Positions 24,233 to 29,166 of a stretch of 29,166 nucleotides of DNA are shown here, piece by piece; positions within the stretch are counted from its first letter, which is position 1; each line of letters starts with the position of its first letter. Source of the stretch: a virus (Duplodnaviria > Caudoviricetes); IMG/VR virus record IMGVR_UViG_3300008255_000373, positions 1-29,166 of that record; one strand, 5' to 3'. The position numbers were made by a program, and so were the translations under genes. Below the pieces are notes generated by a model. It searched no databases. It was not told the DNA's origin and worked only from the letters and a program-made list of their open reading frames with translations.

Positions 24233-24760
24233 TTAGGCGTTGGCGAGTTCGGCGGGCGGACCGTAGCTGGCCTGAGCGAGTCGGCGGTCACGAACCTGGG
24301 CGCAAGTCTCCCCGTTATGGGTCGCCGCCCCACATTCTACGCAGCATACAGGATCGACCGGGAAGCGGGTGACGTGGAACGCGGCGACGGCTGCCTTCAT
24401 TTCAGGGCTGGACGCGGCAATCTCAACTTGCGTCTTGCGTTCCTCTTCGACCGGGGCGGCGGGGCTCACCGTCTTCTCGCCGTCCGTCCACTCGTGGACG
24501 ACCAGCTTGGTGAAGTCGGACAGGCGGCGGGCGACGGTCCAGATGGTCGGCTGGTTCCAGCGAGCCTGGACCCGCAGTTCGTAGGACTCGGAGCCGAGGA
24601 AGAAGACGCCCACGAAGCCCTCGTGGGCGAGGCGGGAGTTGCCGTTGTAGGCAATGAAGAAGAAGTCGCGGGACTCGAACTCGCGGAGGAGGTCGAGGAG
24701 GGCGGCGGGAGCGTCGAGCTTCTTGGCGCGGCGGAGGAGGGCGGGGAGGGTGAGGCTCAT
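24233..24760 (-). CDS. Hypothetical early protein with C-terminal CCHC zinc knuckle
   Basis: TAAGGAACC SD before ATG 24760. C-VE-C-GAAT-H-NGET-C is an exact CX2CX4HX4C motif. Confidence 0.7.
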   Translation of the reverse strand: MSLTLPALLRRAKKLDAPAALLDLLREFESRDFFFIAYNGNSRLAHEGFVGVFFLGSESYELRVQARWNQPTIWTVARRLSDFTKLVVHEWTDGEKTVSPAAPVEEERKTQVEIAASSPEMKAAVAAFHVTRFPVDPVCCVECGAATHNGETCAQVRDRRLAQASYGPPAELANA

Positions 24761-24782
24761 AGTAGGTTCCTTACGAGGGCCA

Positions 24783-24814
24783 ACCATACGCCCCCGCCCG
24801 ACTTAGTAAAGAAC
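24783..24814 (-). promoter_or_regulatory. Sigma70-like promoter, copy 1 (GTTCTTTAC-N15-CG-TATGGT)
   Basis: -35-like TTTACT and -10-like TATGGT upstream of the 24760 gene. Same motif and spacing as 26776-26807. Confidence 0.65.
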
Positions 24815-24819
24815 AATCT

Positions 24820-24849
24820 TTGAGGATTCCCTAAGTGAGCAATCCTCAA
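24820..24849. promoter_or_regulatory. Inverted repeat (terminator or operator)
   Basis: TTGAGGATT (24820-24828) / AATCCTCAA (24841-24849), between the Nmad1-like stop codon and the promoter. Confidence 0.45.
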
Positions 24850-24853
24850 TCGG

Positions 24854-25273
24854 TTATGACGTCGAGCCCTTCGAGGCGCAGCCCGCCTCCACGTCCTTCG
24901 CGAGCGTCCCGGGGCAGCGGTTCGTCGCGATCAACTCCGCCTCGACCAAGAGGAGGTAGCGGCGGAGGTCGCGGATGTCGTCGATGACGCCTTCCGCCCG
25001 CTGGTCCGTCTCGACCGCTCCGAAGATGTCGAAGCGGTCAAACGCGGGAACCTTCTCAACGTCGCAATCGAGAGGGTGCGCGGTGTTCGGATTCTCCAAC
25101 GGAGGATTCGCCACGCGCTTCTCAAGGCGGTCCCACTTCCTCGCGAGCATCATGAAGGCTCCGATCCCTCCGCGCTTCTTCCACGAGTCTCCATAGGACT
25201 TCTCAGCGTGGCGAAGCGCGGTGACGTCGCTCGCCGCCACGCGGTCGAGTTCGTTGAGGTAGAGGTTGCTCAT
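24854..25273 (-). CDS. Nucleotide-modification-associated domain 1 (Nmad1/DUF1599, MazG-like all-alpha NTP pyrophosphatase fold)
   Basis: ATG 25273 (ATGA overlap, AAGGAG SD). KSYGDSWKKRGG...LARKWDRLE...EGVIDDIRDLRRYLLL. Confidence 0.7.
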   Translation of the reverse strand: MSNLYLNELDRVAASDVTALRHAEKSYGDSWKKRGGIGAFMMLARKWDRLEKRVANPPLENPNTAHPLDCDVEKVPAFDRFDIFGAVETDQRAEGVIDDIRDLRRYLLLVEAELIATNRCPGTLAKDVEAGCASKGSTS

Positions 25274-25785
25274 GAGGGTTCTCCTTCGTAGAGGTTTGAC
25301 CAGGCATTCTCGACTTCCGCGATGGCGGCGGAGAGTCGTGGCGTGTTGAACTCGGCTTGCGCCTTCTCCATCCAGGCGGTCCCGTTCTCGTACCACTCCT
25401 CAGCGTAGCGGTTCCCCATCTTCCGCTGCTCGACGGAGTACCAGACGAGTTCGAGCATGTCCGCGAACTTCAGCAGCCAGCGTTCCTCTCGCGAGAGGTT
25501 CGCCGCCTCGATCCCAAGCCCTCGCTCGATCTGGAGCTCAAGCTCATCGAGCGTAGCCTTGAGCGACTTCGACATCCACTTGGCCGTCGCGGGGATGTCG
25601 CCCGTATCGTACTCTGCCACGTCATGGTAGATCGCAGCGCGGAGGAGATTGACGGACGGGTCGCAGATCTCGAAGAGGAGCGCGGCGACTCCCCACGAGT
25701 GCGCGGCGACGGTCTGATGGTCTATGGTCGGACGGGTATGGAAGCGACGGACTCCACCGCCGAGTCGGATGCGTTCGTGATTCAC
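25270..25785 (-). CDS. HD-domain deoxynucleotide phosphohydrolase (YfbR-like)
   Basis: VRRFH....QTVAAHSW, AAIYHDVAE..TGDIP...K, LKFADMLE. Confidence 0.88.
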   Translation of the reverse strand: MNHERIRLGGGVRRFHTRPTIDHQTVAAHSWGVAALLFEICDPSVNLLRAAIYHDVAEYDTGDIPATAKWMSKSLKATLDELELQIERGLGIEAANLSREERWLLKFADMLELVWYSVEQRKMGNRYAEEWYENGTAWMEKAQAEFNTPRLSAAIAEVENAWSNLYEGEPS

Positions 25786-26753
25786 TTCCCCGCCCTCCGC
25801 TCAATCCACTCTTGGCATGCGACCTTCCACGCCTCGTCTCCGATGGCGTTGACCCATTCAAAGTAGATACCCTTGCGGAATACGAAGGCGTTGTGGACGG
25901 GGATTGCCACGCGACGTATGAACCGGGACTTCCATTCTCCGATCTCCAACGGTACATACTGACCCGCGCAGAGACAGAACCGTTGAACCTCCTCGTCCCA
26001 CTCTTCCCTCGGAAGGTCGAGGAGACGCGGAGCCGAACGGGCGAGCGGGTAGCGGTCGCAGGGTTCGGTCACGAAGAACAACCGCTGACTCTTCGCGTGA
26101 TTGCGATAGACGTGGAGGTTGTTGCTGATCTGCTCGTACCAACCAACCTCGACCCCGACCGCCTCCGCGACGTATTGCTGGAAGTACGACATGTGGACGG
26201 GGTTCGCTCCCGCGACCGCCCCGAGGACCGCGTCATTGGAGCGGTTGAAGACGGTGAGGTTGAGGGCTCCTCGGTCGATGGCGAAGACGAGGGAGAGGTT
26301 GCACGCCTTGTCCTTTGTGATCTTCCCGAGGTCGGCGGAGTCCCAGAGCGCGATGACGGCTTGGCGGCTCGTCGGGTTCTCCTTCAGTTCGCGGACTACC
26401 TCGGACAGCTGGTCCTTTCCGAAGTGATGACGCATACGGAATCCGTAGGCAGCGTTGTACCTCTTCCCATCATCGGAGAAGGACGCCATGGCCGAGTTGT
26501 AGAAGGTCGGGAACGCGACATCCTCCCGTCCCGCGAGCATCCAGAGCGACTCCATCAGATGGAAGAACGGGTTGGCGTCCCGAACGGGGCAGAAGCAGAC
26601 CCGCTCCAGCGGTCGCTCGTAGTGAAGCGCCACGGGCTCGGGGAAGCGGAGGACCGGACCGTTGCGGCTCAAGTCCTCGACTCCTCGCTTGTCAATCTCC
26701 GCCATCACGCGGCGGAGCATCTTGTTGACGTTGCGTTCTCGAATCTCGATCAT
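25782..26753 (-). CDS. Thymidylate synthase-fold enzyme, probable dUMP hydroxymethylase
   Basis: ATG 26753 with AAGGAG SD. SRNG, RDANPFFHLMESLWMLAG, FSDDG, AAYG.R, DQL, SRQAV, KDKACN (catalytic Cys), NRSND..LG..GAN (Asn at the uracil-specificity position), NLHVY. Confidence 0.85.
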   Translation of the reverse strand: MIEIRERNVNKMLRRVMAEIDKRGVEDLSRNGPVLRFPEPVALHYERPLERVCFCPVRDANPFFHLMESLWMLAGREDVAFPTFYNSAMASFSDDGKRYNAAYGFRMRHHFGKDQLSEVVRELKENPTSRQAVIALWDSADLGKITKDKACNLSLVFAIDRGALNLTVFNRSNDAVLGAVAGANPVHMSYFQQYVAEAVGVEVGWYEQISNNLHVYRNHAKSQRLFFVTEPCDRYPLARSAPRLLDLPREEWDEEVQRFCLCAGQYVPLEIGEWKSRFIRRVAIPVHNAFVFRKGIYFEWVNAIGDEAWKVACQEWIERRAGK

Positions 26754-26775
26754 GGTCGGTGTTCTCCTTCGGGGA

Positions 26776-26807
26776 ATCTTACGGGGAGGGGCGGACAGGT
26801 AAAGAAC
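26776..26807 (-). promoter_or_regulatory. Sigma70-like promoter, copy 2 (GTTCTTTAC-N15-CG-TAAGAT)
   Basis: Fills the gap upstream of the TS-like gene; same motif and spacing as 24783-24814. Confidence 0.65.
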
Positions 26808-27676
26808 TAGGGGAGTGGGGTTGCGTCCGGACGGTAGAGGCTCCGGGGTTCTCCCTGTCCCTCGATCACGCGACGGTACTTGTCCCACTCGCAGAAACAG
26901 TTCGAGAGGTTGTTCAAGTCCGCGAAGGTATCGACGAAGCGGGCTGTGCAACGGTTCACCGCCGCCCGGATCTGCTTGAGCGCCAGCGTGGACTCCTCGA
27001 CCTTCCACGAAGCCTTGAGGTCACGGAGGCAGAGACGATTCAACCCGCGCTTCGTTCCCGGTCCCGCGAGGACGAACGTGGCCCAATCGTCCGTCTCGCC
27101 AACCGGGAGATCCTTGGTGTACTTCATATCCGTGATGATCTGGTTCCTCATGAAGTCGCCCATCCCGAAGATCGACCCCAGGAAGACGTCCCACTGTCCG
27201 CAGTTCCGAACTCGCGGACGGTCCTTCCACTTCGCCGCCAGCGGGTCGAAGACTCGCTTGATGAGGTAGTCCTCCTTGTTGAGCTTCGCGTCCTCGCCCG
27301 TTCCGGCACGGATCATGTAGGCTCCGGTGTACACCTTCTCGCCGCGCTCCGTCCGCGAGCGCATAGCCTTCCGGAACTGATCGGGCTTCCAACGCTTCAT
27401 GTATCCGATCTCCGCGAGGGTATCTGGCCAGTTCACAAAGCGGGCGACCGCGAGGTTGAAGGCGAGGAACTCGTGGCCGTTGTTCGGCTTGATGATGTTC
27501 GCGAAGATCCAACGCGTCACGCGGTCATCGCAACGGTCCACATTACAGAACCGATACTTGAGCAACACCGGATCCTTCGTCCAGGGCGGTCGGAGTCCGC
27601 GCTGACGAGCCAGGCGGACGTCCTCGCGCTCCTTGATGAAGTAAAGGAAGTTGTCGAACATCTGGGCGTTGAACAT
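26807..27676 (-). CDS. DNA base hypermodification protein, aGPT-Pplase clade 1 / 5-hmdU DNA kinase helical-domain family
   Basis: YFIKERE.VRL.R......PWTKDPVL.KYRFCNV.R.DDRVT.WI, RFVNWP, YTGAYMI, GMGDFM..QI..D, GPGTKRGL, CEWDKY.R. No P-loop in this ORF. Confidence 0.85.
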   Translation of the reverse strand: MFNAQMFDNFLYFIKEREDVRLARQRGLRPPWTKDPVLLKYRFCNVDRCDDRVTRWIFANIIKPNNGHEFLAFNLAVARFVNWPDTLAEIGYMKRWKPDQFRKAMRSRTERGEKVYTGAYMIRAGTGEDAKLNKEDYLIKRVFDPLAAKWKDRPRVRNCGQWDVFLGSIFGMGDFMRNQIITDMKYTKDLPVGETDDWATFVLAGPGTKRGLNRLCLRDLKASWKVEESTLALKQIRAAVNRCTARFVDTFADLNNLSNCFCEWDKYRRVIEGQGEPRSLYRPDATPLP

Positions 27677-27679
27677 TGG

Positions 27680-28258
27680 TCACTCCTTGACGATGAGTTC
27701 GATGTTGGCAGCGAGCTTCTCGGGCGGATTGAAGTAGAAGAACTTGGCTTGGTCCTTGAAGAGTTTGACGTGACGGTACTTCGTTGCGCGCGGTCGAAGG
27801 TAGCTGGCCACCGTCTTCCCTTCGAGCTTCGCGTGCGTCTCGTCCGCGTTCTTCATAACGGAGGCATATGGTTGGTCGAGGTAGTAGAGGAGCGGGAAGG
27901 GGAGACCAAGCATGACGTCCTCGACTACCGACCGGAGCATGCGGTGCTCTGGATGATAGATCCCGAGAGGGGCGATGATCTTGGCCTCCGATCCGAACGG
28001 CGCAAACGTCGAGGCGAGAACCCTAGTCAACGACTTCCGGTCCTTCTCGGGCTTCTCGCGGTCCTCGGAGAAGGGGAAGCCGATCCAGAGGGCATCGACC
28101 GCCTTGGCGTAGGCTTTGGCGTCCTCCGCCCGCTTCCGTGTCTTCGAGAAGACGGTGATGATGGACACCGGGACGTTCGAGGCTCGCCACTTCTCGATGT
28201 GTCCGCCGAGGGAGAGGAACGCGTCATCAGCGTGCGGTTCGAGGATGATGAAGCTCAT
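27680..28258 (-). CDS. PIG-L/LmbE-family de-N-acetylase
   Basis: IILEPHADDAFLSLGG (H-x-D-D metal motif), R.AED, IIAPLGIYHPEH (HPDH-like), YYLDQPY. ATGA-coupled to the upstream glycosyltransferase. Confidence 0.82.
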   Translation of the reverse strand: MSFIILEPHADDAFLSLGGHIEKWRASNVPVSIITVFSKTRKRAEDAKAYAKAVDALWIGFPFSEDREKPEKDRKSLTRVLASTFAPFGSEAKIIAPLGIYHPEHRMLRSVVEDVMLGLPFPLLYYLDQPYASVMKNADETHAKLEGKTVASYLRPRATKYRHVKLFKDQAKFFYFNPPEKLAANIELIVKE

Positions 28259-29166
28259 GACTTCCTCCCGTAGATGAACAGATCATAGACCTTCGAGGGA
28301 TCGGCTTGCGACTTGACCCAAGCCTTCGCCCGTCGCCAACGCTCCGGGTCGAGGGCGAACCGTTGCGCCTCCTTCGAGGCGATGAGCTTCGGCAGTTCCT
28401 TCTCGGACTCGACGAACAGCGCGATGTCCTTCGGGACCGCCTTGGCGGCCTGGGAGTGAAGAATGGGGCAGCACCCGTACCACAACGCCTCCTTCGTAGT
28501 GTTGTTGTACGTCCCTTCCTTGTAGGCGGTGAACTTACTTCGCGTCAGTCCCATCAGGTCGATAGTGAACCAACCTCGGGCGAAGACTTCGGAGATGGCG
28601 TCCAGCGAGACGTTCCCGAAGAACTCCGCCCGACCGTATCCGTTGAAGCCCTTGAAGTGATCCGTCTTGACGGCTCGTCGCCACGCCTCCGTCGAGCGAA
28701 GTTGATAGTACAGGATCCCGTTTGAGTACATCTCGAAGTCTCCCGGGATCTCGGGGATGAGCGGAAGGATCTTGTGGATCCCCTTGATCGCCTTCCATTG
28801 CGACGCCCAGACGGTGAGGAGCTTCTTCGACCGCGCCTCCATCGTCTTCCTCGGCCAGAACGGGCTCGTTGAGTAGGAATGAGGAATGTCGAACTTGTCG
28901 AGATGTGCGAGGACGGGCTTGTGTACGCACGTCACGTAGTCGAGGAGCGGGACGGCGAGCCTCGCCCAGTGCTCGTACTCCTCCCAATAGGCGTCAGTGA
29001 GTCGCCCCACCATTGGAATGAGGATCGACCGGAGGAAGGGGAGCCAGAGCGGTTCCGACCCGTAAGCCTTCGTTGGATGTGGGACGAGATAGACGATGTA
29101 CACTCGGTCGTAGTTCTCGTTGATGAACTTCGCGGACGCGGAGAAGTTCGAGGGGTGGTGTGGCGC
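28255..29166 (-). CDS. Putative GT-B fold glycosyltransferase; 5'-truncated by the window edge
   Basis: The frame stays open beyond the track's 29103 start to 29166 (APHHPSNFSASAKFINENYDRVYIV...). WASQWKAIKGIHKIL, EFFGNV and KEGTYNNTTKEALWYGCCPIL resemble GT-B nucleotide-sugar-binding motifs. Confidence 0.62.
   Translation of the reverse strand, partial: APHHPSNFSASAKFINENYDRVYIVYLVPHPTKAYGSEPLWLPFLRSILIPMVGRLTDAYWEEYEHWARLAVPLLDYVTCVHKPVLAHLDKFDIPHSYSTSPFWPRKTMEARSKKLLTVWASQWKAIKGIHKILPLIPEIPGDFEMYSNGILYYQLRSTEAWRRAVKTDHFKGFNGYGRAEFFGNVSLDAISEVFARGWFTIDLMGLTRSKFTAYKEGTYNNTTKEALWYGCCPILHSQAAKAVPKDIALFVESEKELPKLIASKEAQRFALDPERWRRAKAWVKSQADPSKVYDLFIYGRKS

Noticed and set aside
24854-25785. Z-genome (2-aminoadenine) pathway suggested by the HD + MazG-like pair
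   Set aside because: There is no PurZ/PurA homologue in the window, and the neighbouring genes point to pyrimidine modification.
26754-27008. 85-aa N-terminal extension of the TS-like ORF
   Set aside because: It overlaps the upstream gene and crosses a promoter and SD; ATG 26753 is the supported start.
26759-28273. 504-aa + strand ORF, and similar long antisense ORFs at 6224..7408, 12203..13129, 18360..19349, 19449..20507 and 25812..26810
   Set aside because: These are antisense shadows of motif-bearing genes, expected in high-GC DNA with biased codons, and they have no motifs of their own.
1-29166. tRNA, rRNA, integrase or transposase genes
   Set aside because: None were recognised by eye, and intergenic gaps are mostly too short. 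Lifestyle and host cannot be determined from this window.

Overview
A ~29 kb segment of a high-GC (about 65% by spot counts) tailed dsDNA phage with siphovirus-type morphogenesis genes. The + strand (1418-22118) is one continuous late operon: terS/terL, HK97-type portal, gpF-like minor head protein, protease, major capsid, and a ~4.6 kb accessory virion block that includes RcGTA-like head-spike genes and a repeat fibre. It continues with the neck, TP901-1-type tail tube, a tail chaperone with a -1 frameshift, tape measure, tail tip/RBP, and a membrane/lipoprotein cassette with no recognisable endolysin. Both flanks are on the - strand. On the left is a Prim-Pol/PriCT-2 primase that the ORF track missed and that runs off the window; an extremely AT-rich, palindromic, ori-like spacer separates it from terS. 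On the right are small early genes (EndoV-like glycosylase, HTH proteins, a CCHC zinc-knuckle protein) and a thymidine-modification cluster. That cluster is GT-B glycosyltransferase, PIG-L/LmbE de-N-acetylase, aGPT-Pplase1/HMUDK-helical protein, dUMP hydroxymethylase-like thymidylate synthase homologue, HD nucleotidase and Nmad1/MazG-like protein. The most interesting signal is the GT + de-N-acetylase pair coupled to a 5hmdU pathway, which suggests a possibly undescribed amino-sugar hypermodified thymidine. All family assignments come from motif recognition by eye, not from database searches.
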